A DNA stretch of 64,000 nucleotides from Balanoglossus misakiensis (taxonomy: Eukaryota > Animalia > Hemichordata). Under the pieces are notes generated by a model. That model did not search any database. It saw only the letters and a program-made list of their open reading frames with translations, and was not told the DNA's origin. The DNA lies in contig CM082577.2 in assembly GCA_040954595.2 (NCBI GenBank), forward strand, positions 1,798,001 to 1,862,000. Reading direction: 5' to 3'. Made by a program: the position numbers and the translations under genes. This document shows, in pieces, positions 43,447 to 54,070 of the stretch; position 1 is the stretch's first letter, and each line of letters begins with the position of its first letter.

Positions 43447-43760
43447 CACTGCTTTTCACTGGTTCAATATCTCCGAGGTCAAAGTAAGCCTGGTAGGATA
43501 GGGGCATAGTGAAAGGGGGTATGGAGTAGACACCACATTTCACCGCTACGCTACAGCATACATTTCGTCTGACTTTCAAGCTTTGTCACATGTTCACAAT
43601 TTTGTGGCATCAAAAAAGCTGTATTATTTATGATGATCATATTGGTCTGGTTGTATTAAACTGACATCACATTCCTGGTCGTGTGATTGTGACTAAAAAC
43701 CAAAATCCTTTGTAGCAGTCTGGGCCCTCCGTAGGTTAATATTGCTCCATCCCTAAATAC

Positions 43761-45971
43761 ATGTGCGACATTTACCCATGGTGCAATGTTCCCGGAAGCG
43801 ATGTGCTGGAGCAGAAAGGAGACAACGCGGCTGAAGTTGTGAATCACGGCCTCGGCAGAATGAAACGAGGTGGCTATCGTGGATTTGGTGCGAAGCGCTG
43901 CGAGTCCGATGCTATTATGTTGCCGTCTACATCGGGTGAGTGCGGTCTTCCAAACGACGATGCTGGCAGCCGCAGAGGTTTCTGGGGGCCCAGTAGCACT
44001 ACACACGAAATGCCGCCGACATCTACGACAGGGGAAGAGATTCCCAAGAAACGGACACGACGGTGTGAATTTGCTGCAGTTAAGTGTGAATCTGATTATG
44101 ATGTCGAGGACGAAGTTGAACTAATTCTGGATGAAAAAAGTGGTGAGTTGAGACCGAGAAGGCCGGACGACACAGACGCATCCCCATACAATAATGACTC
44201 GGATGTTGAAAGCATCGACGAAGATGGGGCCGAAGACGACGATTTCTACGATCGTGCCTACCCGTCAAACGTTGACACCGACAGCGATTCCGACGAAGTC
44301 AAGTTTGAACAACCCGCTGCGGCTGCTCTGACTGGCAAGTGGAAACTGGCGGACGGTGGCGACAGTGACATTTTCGCCAAACCCGAATTCGACCAACAGG
44401 AGGGGCCGACGTTCGAGGTGCCCACGTACGCGAACGAAATCCAGTACTTCCACCAGTTCATTCCGCAAAGCCTGATCGACCTCGCGTGCGCGGAGACGAA
44501 CAAGTACGCCAGATACCACCAGCAATACATCGCCAAGCGGGACGACAAGTACTGGCGCGACACCAGCTTCAACGAGATGCAGGCGTTTATTGGCATGATT
44601 GTCTGCATGGGCGTGGATCGGAAATCGGCCCTGGAAGATTACTGGTCAAGTGATATATTCCTGCAGAACGCCGGCATTGCGTCCGTGATGACGCGTTCTC
44701 GGTTTAATCTGATAATGAAGTACTTCCATTTGGCCGATCCCGAAAGCGATCCGAGAAGAGAGCCGGACGAAAAGAGACGCAGGCGGCGGTGCGAGAAAGA
44801 CCCCTTCTACAAAGTCAACCCCTGGATGAGGCCAATAGTTGCGAATTGCATCAACAATTACCAGACGGGCCAACACATTTCCATTGATGAAGGGATGGTG
44901 AGGTTCGCTCCCGAGCGCAAGCAGAGACTTTCTCCCAAACCAGAGCGAAACGGCTTCAAGACGTGGCAATTGTGTGATTCCGCCACCTCGTATGTTGCCA
45001 ATATCGCACCTTATCTGGGCGTGAAGTTCAAGTCCTCCGGCGAAGGGCAGAAAAAGGAGAAGGGCGCACTCAAGAGACTTGCCAGGAACCTGCTTGAGCC
45101 TTTCGCGGGACAGAACCACATTGTTTATTGCGGCAGCCCTTTCACTTCCGTCGGGATGGCGTTCGAGTTGATGGAGAACGACATCTACATGGTTGGAAGT
45201 TTCAACCGCCGAAAACACCTGTCCATGCCGCCTGAGCTGATTCCGGAGGGGAAGAGAAAGAGACTGCCCTTGGAAGTTGGCCAGATGCGCGCGGCGTCGC
45301 GGACCGACGGGCGGGTGAACATCACCGCCTACCAGGACGTCGCCGCCCAAGTCTTGTTCCTGAACACGGCGTACCCGCCGCTGGCACTGGAGACCGACTA
45401 CACGCCGACGTTCAGCGGCGGAGAGCGGCGACAGGTGCCGCTGTCATTGCAGTGGCACCGTAGGTGTACGCCGGGCGTGGACCGGCACAGTCAGACGAGG
45501 AAGTACTGCCACGTGGGGAGGAAAATCCACAGGTGGTGGACCTACCTGGCGTTCTATCTCATCGATGTGGCGCTGGTGAACGCACACATCTGCTTCCGGG
45601 CGCGCAACCCGGACTCGAAGATCACTCGCAAGTTCTTCCAGCTGCACGTCGGAAAGCAGCTGATCGGCGGCTACAGCAGTCGGATGCAGACACTGGTCCG
45701 AGAGGTGAGCGCCTCGGTCACCTCCTCATCGCGCATCCGCCAGGAGAACCTGGACTCGCACTTCGTCACCAAGCTGCCCGGCCGACAGAAGTGCTGTAAG
45801 CAGTGCAGCCGAGACGGGAAGAAGACGTCGTCTGGCCGACTTTCGGAGACGACCAAGGGGTGCGTCATCTGCAAAGTTCATCTCCACGACGGCGAGTGCT
45901 TTGCGGCATTCCACCACAAGATGCTGATGCGGGGGAAAGAGAGTGTGGCGACGCAGACGTACTTGGCTTAA
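43761..45971 (+). CDS. Intronless piggyBac transposase-derived protein (PGBD/PGBD4-like), 736 aa, probably domesticated and catalytically impaired
   Basis: piggyBac (DDE_Tnp_1_7-type) motifs: ETNKYA, W.DT...EM.AFIG, DYWS, MTRSRF..I.KYFHL, SIDEGMV, KP...GFK.W.LCDS, GVD, WWTYLAFYLIDVALVNAHI. C-terminal Cys-rich CxxC...CxxCxVHL...CF..FH domain and an acidic N-terminus. The ORF is uninterrupted, and no TIRs were found around it. Confidence 0.93.
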   Translation: MCDIYPWCNVPGSDVLEQKGDNAAEVVNHGLGRMKRGGYRGFGAKRCESDAIMLPSTSGECGLPNDDAGSRRGFWGPSSTTHEMPPTSTTGEEIPKKRTRRCEFAAVKCESDYDVEDEVELILDEKSGELRPRRPDDTDASPYNNDSDVESIDEDGAEDDDFYDRAYPSNVDTDSDSDEVKFEQPAAAALTGKWKLADGGDSDIFAKPEFDQQEGPTFEVPTYANEIQYFHQFIPQSLIDLACAETNKYARYHQQYIAKRDDKYWRDTSFNEMQAFIGMIVCMGVDRKSALEDYWSSDIFLQNAGIASVMTRSRFNLIMKYFHLADPESDPRREPDEKRRRRRCEKDPFYKVNPWMRPIVANCINNYQTGQHISIDEGMVRFAPERKQRLSPKPERNGFKTWQLCDSATSYVANIAPYLGVKFKSSGEGQKKEKGALKRLARNLLEPFAGQNHIVYCGSPFTSVGMAFELMENDIYMVGSFNRRKHLSMPPELIPEGKRKRLPLEVGQMRAASRTDGRVNITAYQDVAAQVLFLNTAYPPLALETDYTPTFSGGERRQVPLSLQWHRRCTPGVDRHSQTRKYCHVGRKIHRWWTYLAFYLIDVALVNAHICFRARNPDSKITRKFFQLHVGKQLIGGYSSRMQTLVREVSASVTSSSRIRQENLDSHFVTKLPGRQKCCKQCSRDGKKTSSGRLSETTKGCVICKVHLHDGECFAAFHHKMLMRGKESVATQTYLA

Positions 45972-48900
45972 AAAGGTACACGGTCACGTATGGACATTTA
46001 GCTACAGGCATGGCGAATTGAGATCTAGCCAATCACAGATTTTCAGTGAGTGGCACACGTAAAAATTGAGTGCCACAAAATGTTCTGTAGAACACTCAAA
46101 TACGCCATTTCTGCGCGAAATTGGAGGTGACTATATACTAGTACGCCATCTAGGGCTGGTGATGGCGTGTGATGAAATACTGTTCAGTATCAAACCTCGT
46201 AGTTGTTATCGTTCGCCTTGAGTTATCTACCATTAAATATATATTGAATATGTTTTGAAAGTGTTCGATATGTTCTATCCTTTGTGATGTCAGACTCGCT
46301 AACCCACTCTTTGCACTTTCTATAGCAGTGATGCAAGATCTGTTGTAATCGTTATTTTTCTGGTTGCTTCTTAATAAGACCCGGTACATTTTGTAACTAG
46401 CCCACCTTGAATGATGATGATCACAATATTGGATCTGATTTGATGTCATATTTCGCCGGCCAGAAATGGCGCCACCAACAGTTCTTTCTGATAAACGCCT
46501 TCAAAAGAAACACCTTTTTTGAAAACGTATTCGATAGTTGACATGGCAAGCCCCCAGGAGTAACCAAAATCTTTGAGTGGGCGATGGAAAGTATGCGATT
46601 TCTTATTCGCCAACCAGAATTACGCCCGTCAATCTTGTCAAGTATTGGACCGTACTTTATTGACACACGAAAGGGGATCGGGAATGTGAAGTGACTACAG
46701 ATAGAGAAATGGAAAATACAGATAATCTGGGATTAGGTAAGTTTCCTTTCATTGCTTCTCAAAATAGGTCATTGTGCAAAGTGATGTTAGTGTGAATTCG
46801 GTCAGAGAAATGATATGCAACTTCAAAGTTTTTGTTTGATTTTCATCGGGGCGTTCTTCCAATACAACTGGGTTACTGTCCACCGCCTACGATTCCCATA
46901 TTAAAAGAAAATTGTATAATCTCGTTATAAATACAAAATTCCCCGCTCAACTATAGGTTTACTGTACATGTATTGATTTTGAAAGTGATGAGGTCATATC
47001 GAAGATAAAACTTAGGGTTTTCCACCTAAAAAGGACGTTTAATTTAACAAGTCTTCTAATATCTTGTTACTATAGTTAGCGTTAAATTTGATAGCCTCGT
47101 CAAAAGTGCCTTCCCAGTAGCAGACGATGAATAACCATTTTATGATAGGCTAGAATCGGCAACGGTTGCAGGGATGCGTAATACAAAGTAAACTGCGTAC
47201 TCGTTCCGTCTTGCGTTTGTTTATACATATAGTTAATACGTTATAAAACGCGACCGTCTCCCCGATGACCAACTGTCGTATTTTGACCCGAAAGCTCTCG
47301 GAGCGTTGAAAGCCTGACGCGACCCTCAGTTGTGGTGACGTCGCGCCTGTCACGATTTTATGCTAATCTCCCTGTTTACTGTCGACCCAATATCAGTACA
47401 TTTGCAGTAATCTTCCAGCTCTTTATTATTAAATATCACACGATGCGGCGGTCACGACGTGCAGACTGAAGAGGCGGTGTTCTGAACATCCCTCAAAGAA
47501 TATTCGAGCTGGAACGCGATCCGCGGAGCGTTTGGTGTAAAAGATGCTGTCTTCCTGTGATATCACGATTTGGATCAGTTCTAGCTCACCGGCTAAGTAC
47601 ATCGGATGATATACAAACAAAGCCAATTATACGTGAGACGTGCGATTTTTTTCAGGTAAGCCCTCCTCCCGTTGAACTTCTTGTGTAGAGCCGTATAGCT
47701 GGCGGATCGCACGTCAGCGGTGATCATATAGGCCTACTGGGGTTGTCAGACACTGTTGCCCGCTGCGAGGATCGAAGTGGTACATGTCTCATAATACACA
47801 AATACCGCTGAAATCACACGAAACAGCTGTTGCAGTGTAGAGAGACGCGAATTTCTACGTGCGAGCGAGGAGGAATGAAAAACACTATCAGGTAATCGGA
47901 GAACAGCTTGTCAAGGTAAACGACTCTTATTTGCTTTCATTGGAATGAGATGATAGGTCTATACGTGTAGTATACAACTAGTGTCGAGGTATCGGTAAGC
48001 AAATTTAGTGTTTCAGACAATAAGGCAAATTATGCCTCTAGCTTTTGGGCACAGCTTGAAGCATTTTTCAGTGACGGATTTTTTTCGGCACAGTGACCAC
48101 CTTGGGCCGAGTCTGCTGGCTTTAATTTGACATCGCCATGATCTCTGACACGTACACTGGGGAGGACAGATATATCAGTAATTTGTTGAAGCTTTCTAAT
48201 ATAGTACGTGTTGGCACTATGCTCTGTGAGGGAAATGTAAAAGTAGTTTATACCCAGTCCTTGTATGTTTTATCATGACATTAATGATTTAACTACACGC
48301 ATTCACCAGTTTCATGTCGGGATTACAAACACCCAGCTGTTGAAACGACAATGTTATGGCATCACAATTTTTTTTAACTAAAATTATATATGCGGCCTTG
48401 TCCCCTGCGTCGGAATTTGCGTTCCGCCCCCCCCCCCCAAAATGGAAGCTTAATAGGGTGCGTTACTTACAAAACGATTTCGGCATTCGGCAACACCGAG
48501 TAAGCTCCGCATCATTACGGAAGATTAGGATATCGGGGTTGAGAGATCATTAAAACACCCTCGCTTGACAGGTGAACCTTGTGGCTGAATGGACAATGCA
48601 AGTAAGTGCCTTCATCTGGAGGGAAATAACGAGAAACGAAGAATGCTTCAGCAAGGAAGGTATTTGAGAGTGCAGCTGATGCTTTTTTGTTATTTAACAA
48701 AGTGTTACAAGAAAGTTCAGGATTAGTTCAACTCTGAAACCGATAATGATGACGGGGGGGGGGGGGGCAAAATGGGCTGTTAATTCTCAAAAACGACCCA
48801 CATATACTAATCAAAATAACGTGGCCATACTTGCATAATAACTTGTCCGAAAATTCTGCAGTTTACAGAAGTGAAATGGGGAAAATTATATCAGAAAAAA

Positions 48901-51267
48901 ATAAACCATCGTCCCTGGGTGAGAATACAACGTTCTCTGACGTCACGGTTAATTCGGTGACAGATTAACAATTTTGAACAACATTCTCGCGAACCAGAGC
49001 CATCTAGTCTGTCAACGCACAAACCGTTGGAGTAAAGAGGTCGTGGTTTACGACGGTGAACGAAAACAGAACGAGTGATCGACACCGCCATATGTCTGTG
49101 CGAAGTTGTCTGAACTCCACAGTCTCTTGTTTAATGAAGTCAAGGGTTCAGTGCGGTCCCATTTGGAGCAAGGCTCGTATGCCGAGAACACGCGAGCGTA
49201 AATCACACACACGAGACGAGTTCAAAAAAGAACGCTGCCACAAATTCTGCAACGAAGAGAAATCTTGCCAACAAAACCACATCTGAGATTTCCTTTTTAT
49301 CTTATCAACAAAAGTTTCTTGGACCCCCGCGTATTAACCACATCTATATAATATTTATAATCCTCTGTTATAATTTCATAGCTTTAAAATAATGACACCT
49401 ATCTTCCAAGGACGCAGTATAATATATTTATGAGTCTGCCAACATCCCCGGCAGTGTCGTACAGCTTTTATAACAACGCAGTGAAATCGTGTTCCAATGT
49501 GGGTTTATTTTTAATCGGTTTGTAAATTTGTCTGGATATATTTGTTAACAATATGGTCAGGGAAAATTAAAAATACTCTTTGTCTCTATACGTGGTGGGC
49601 AGTGCACATTTTCTCTGGGAATAGGGTTCAATACTTGTTTCTTTTTCTGTGCCTGGTTTTTGATTCAGTGTTTTGCTGCGTATGTTTGCGCTGTACTTTT
49701 ACATTATTGCGAGCTGAATCTGGCTGAATCTGGAGTTGTATTCAGTTATTTTTTCACAATAACGAAGCTGACTACTGTATATACATATAGGCCAAGTTCG
49801 TGCTAATAAGGTGATGATACTGTTACAGTTGATGGAGCTTTAACAAAACGATGTGACTTGGTGGAGTTTTTATACTAGTACGTAAGCCGAGCAGGTTTCT
49901 GCAATTATCCCTTTATATCAACATTGATGGAAATACGGCTATAAGCTTACTGTTCGGTTGTATGTCCCCTAATCACTTTCCGCAAACACTGAAATTGTCA
50001 GCCTAGTTCATACCGAACACCATTCCACATGAATAATTCAAGTGCAAAGCCCGCAGAAAAGCAGCACCTCGAAAATCTATCTACTTTATATGAGCGCGCA
50101 CAGCGGAGCATTTGCTCTGCAGATTGGAAATGTCAAGGGGCGGCCTTGCGAGTCGCGATTCTAATTCGCGTTCCTTGTACTCCAATTTTCTTGCTTGTCT
50201 CCGACTTGGCGGCCCAGGGCGGTATCGCTACCACACCCAAGGAGTAGGTTTAATGCAATTCCCGGGTGAAACGAAGTGAATATATGCGTATATCTTTGAA
50301 AATGCCGCTCGGAATGCGTTTGGATCACGGGCTTGGAATCAATTTATGGGGGTTGCTGTTTGAACCCAAATGCGCAAAACGCGTGCGTACGGATGGACGG
50401 GGGCTCTAGCCAGTGCTGAAAAGGCGCATTGGCCTATACATACTAGTCTAGAATCCAGACTAGTGTTTTTTCGCTTTGCGTAGTAATCGTCACTGCAATG
50501 CGCGCCAACTATTTCCTTCACAATGCGAAAACACGAACAAGAATGATTTCTAAATTTCTTTTGAGCAATAGGCCTACACGTTGGGATATAGTAGATCATT
50601 AGACACCTCCGTGGGCTGTGATCAGAGATGTGTTTGAAAAAATGCAAGTACATGTTTGACTGTATTCGTTGTCGTCGGTTTCTTAGTCATCACAGAATGA
50701 TAGGATGATGGACAGGAAACCGAACCGATTTGGAACTGTGCACTAGAATTACAGGCTATTTATCGAAGCCGTTTAAAATACCTTTCCAATAATAGCAGAA
50801 GTTGATTAAATTCTGGAGTGTCGTGTCGCGCGTATGGGAAAGTAGAAGTGCGCGTGCGTGAAAGGGTCGCTGTCTGCACAGACGAGACATTCCGGTTTTT
50901 TTTGCGTGTTTGCATGTTTATTCAGACAAACTCATCAACTGTCAGTTGTGGGATAATTACACACTGTAATACTGACCGCCGGGGCAATGTTTTAGTAATC
51001 GGATGACATCATCCTTTACGCACAGATGGCACAATAACAAAGTATTTTCATAATATCCAAAAGGATAAATTGAATAATACGCTTTGGGTATTACGTGCCC
51101 TATTAAATATATTCGGTCATATGTGCAGTTATCGTTGGTAGAGAGTAGATCTAGCCTTTCACAGATTTTCACCCGGGGGCACTCAAAAATTGTGCGCCAC
51201 CATATGGTCACCATGGAGATTTAAACACCATATATGGTTATATGATAATAAGAAGTTATTTTATTGA

Positions 51268-51486
51268 AGGCTGCGTTCAGAAACCATCAATGGAGGGGGG
51301 TATTTTAGACAGGGGTCGTTATAAACAAATGAAATGCAAGGTTTGACATTTTAGGTGGAGGGGAACTTGGAAATTTCGAGGAATACAATTGTTTTAAATT
51401 ATGTTTATTGTGATCACCAAGCGGGTATCCGGAAAAAAGATGTTAACCCCCCCCCCCCCCCCCCGATTTATTTATGAACGCAGCCT
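51268..51486. mobile_element. MITE with AGGCTGCGTTCA terminal inverted repeats (PIF/Harbinger-like)
   Basis: AGGCTGCGTTCA at 51268 and TGAACGCAGCCT at 51475-51486, with a G run near the left end and a C run near the right. A similar terminus (TTTTTGTGAACGCGCCCT) occurs near 3826-3843. Confidence 0.7.
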
Positions 51487-52380
51487 AAATACAGGGAGCA
51501 TGATTCACCCGGCAACGCATCAGCAATGGAGACGCAGTATATTAAGAGGATCCTACGTCGGGGAGTGTGTTTACCTGATCACTCTTGGGTGAAGATTGAA
51601 ACAGTCTGATCCCTGTCCATGTCCCCACTGAATATCATGCTCTTTCTGACCTTGGTGTATAAATAACCATACACTCTGCGAATAAGTGTGGGCTATGTAT
51701 ACTTCGAGGTGCAAAATATACAAATTTCCTCGAATACTGTAATGGGTGTGACATCATGTCTCTGAAGGTCGCTCTTGATAAACAGTAACAAATTGAGTGA
51801 CATAACCTTCAGAAATACCCTGGGCGACCATGTATACTCGCAGCTTCGAGTAGTTTGAAATGGTGAGAACTCCTATACTCGCCACCCCTGTCGAAAATGC
51901 ACCTCCCCTGGCGCGAAGAATGCACTCGAGACACACTTACGTAATCCTACCTGCGAGCGCAACATCCAAAAACCGAAGCAAAGAAACTCGATGACTATGT
52001 TTGAAGACACCGGCATGACTTCTTGTGTTTCTACGGATACAATTTCTTTTTAGAAGACCACAAACCGTTACTTTAATATGTTATGTTATCGTTTGCCATA
52101 GGACCACGGTATTTCTGGCTTGTACTGGGGTTGCATGAACAGTATCCTGCTGCACAACGGACCTGATTTCAAGGTTTTAGTAACAAGTTTCCCCCTCAAA
52201 CTTATCTACATTTTAGGATGTTCCACACTGTGCAACGATTTCGATGTTTCCAGCCTTCTCTGATCACATTTACGGATTTCCGGATTACCGAGAATTTCTT
52301 AAGTGCGATAGTTCGGACCGTCGTCGAGATCGGCTCATCAGCCACCGTTGACAAGATTGTTGAGTGAGGTGATAGACAAC

Positions 52381-53707
52381 ATGGCGGCGAAGACGTTCGC
52401 GTTGCTCCTGGTAACCACGACTATGACGACTCGACTTGATGGAAAAACCCAGGTTTGTATTTCTTATTTTCGTTCGTATTTCATTGTTGCAGTTTGGTCG
52501 TTTGTGGGAGTGAGACATTAATTTTGGAGAAATGAAATTGAAATACATGTACTGGCATTTAGTCGGACACACTGACGGTAACAATTTTCGTTTACGTTCA
52601 AATTTTGGATGTCGCCAAAAGGTCTTCGTTTACAGATTCTGAAGATATTTATTGTCACTGGCAATTTCTTTTACACATCACTTTATATTTGTGGGTAAAG
52701 TTTAATTAAAAACCGTAGTTCATGGCAATTTCCTTCTTTAGATGTGTTGGACAGATTGGATGGACGGTGAGAATGCTGAAGGGGACAATTCAAGTCCACT
52801 GGGGGAATTTGAAATTCTCGCTCAACTACGACAAACGTACGATTTTTGCAACGATGTGGAGGACATACAATGCCGGATGGCCGCGTCGCCACACACTCCC
52901 TATAATGAAACGGGACAAATTGGATTGAAATGCGAGACAGATCTTGGTTTTGTGTGCTTCAATGTCCTGCAGTTGAACGCCAGTTGTCTCAATTACGAGA
53001 TCCGAGTACACTGTCCATGCACAAGTGTTGCGCGACTGCCCGCGCAGACTACAGAGGACCAGACGATACAAAATTCAACGTCCCTTTTAAATTTCTTTCC
53101 GACTTCTTCAGGTTCATCGTCGATTACAACGTTTCCAACACCTGTGCCAAATAGCCTCACACACTCGCAAACTCCGCGGAAAGTTACCGAGCAAACGGGT
53201 TCTGTAAGAGCAAATCCGAGAACGAGCGATGACGACATCACCAAAAACAGCCCGCCAAATGTATCGGAAACGACGCCGAGAAATCGGCCGAGTTTATCGA
53301 AATCGACAACTCTGACACAGAAAAGAACGCAAACAAAGCGACATATTGGACGGCGGGCGACCCCGTCAAGTCCGCCGGGGTCGACGGAAACGACCGCAAA
53401 ATCGGTCGCACCGACCAGCAGACGACCTACAAGTGAATCAACAGAAAACCTCGTGGAAGGACAATCCACGCCAACCTCAAATGTGTCTTTCAGAAGGTGG
53501 GAAAAGGACAACGATTGCCGATGTACCACCGAGATCGCCGAAAAGTGTCAAATTGCGTACATCGCTATCGGCATCTTCCTTGCGACGACTATACTCGGCG
53601 TGTGTCTGACTGTGCTCATGTGTGCACAGTATGCCAAACTTTATCTGAAAATGAGACATAGCGCATTCCGCCACCCGGAGATTACTTTCGACGAAACATC
53701 CTTTTAA
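52381..53707 (+). CDS. Type I membrane mucin-like protein: signal peptide, WxxW (mucin CysD/CILP-type) domain, S/T/P-rich stalk, TM helix, short tail; 2 coding exons, ~345 aa
   Basis: Exon 1, 52381-52452 (MAAKTFALLLVTTTMTTRLDGKTQ, donor CAG|GTTTGT), joins in phase 0 to exon 2, 52742-53707 (acceptor tcttcttTAG-type pyrimidine tract). Domain signature CWTDWMD...GEFE.L..LR...FC..V.DIQCR......GQ...C....GFVC.N..Q...C.NYEIRV.CPC; TM IAYIAIGIFLATTILGVCLTVLMC. Confidence 0.85.
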
Positions 53708-53856
53708 CACTGTCAGTAGCAGTAAGGGTCTTTTTGAGGCTCAATAACTGAAGCAATACTAATTTCCATACAATGGAAATTGGGTTAAAGAGCCCAACTA
53801 GCACTCAAAAAGTTGAGATTTTTGTGCTCCTGGATTTAAACATATACCAAAGCGAG

Positions 53857-54070
53857 AATAGGAGTGAGATCCCCCGTGAGGATTAAATTGGGTACTTTCC
53901 TATGTTGAAGACAGGTTCACCAGTGGGTGGATAGGAGTGAAATCCCCGTGACTGCGTGCTTACCAAGTGATACTAGTACTTTCCTGTGTTGGAGTACTGT
54001 CCCTCAAAGGGACTGTGTTTAAAAAGGGTTCACTATAATGTGTAGATTTGATAGGAGTGGGATCCCCGTG
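53857..54070 (+). repeat. Degenerate ~3-unit tandem repeat downstream of the mucin-like gene
   Basis: ATAGGAGTG(A/G)(A/G)ATCCCCGTG recurs near 53858, 53931 and 54052. GTACTTTCCT.TGTTG and GGTTCAC recur between copies. Confidence 0.7.

Noticed and set aside
42368-43761. In-frame PIGQ-PGBD fusion protein (CSB-PGBD3-like)
   Set aside because: The nearest acceptors lie upstream of an in-frame TAA at 43737-43739, so no fusion ORF is formed through them.
44080-45917. Several overlapping or antisense ORFs within the piggyBac ORF
   Set aside because: Expected shadows of GC-rich coding sequence.
43015-45971. TTAA-CCCC at 43015 and TTAA at 43736 and 45968 as possible piggyBac ends
   Set aside because: No matching inverted GGG-TTAA terminus was found downstream of the ORF, and TTAA is common by chance.
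53857-54070. Spaced direct repeats resembling a CRISPR array
   Set aside because: Eukaryotic context, only three degenerate repeats, spacers similar to each other, and no cas genes.
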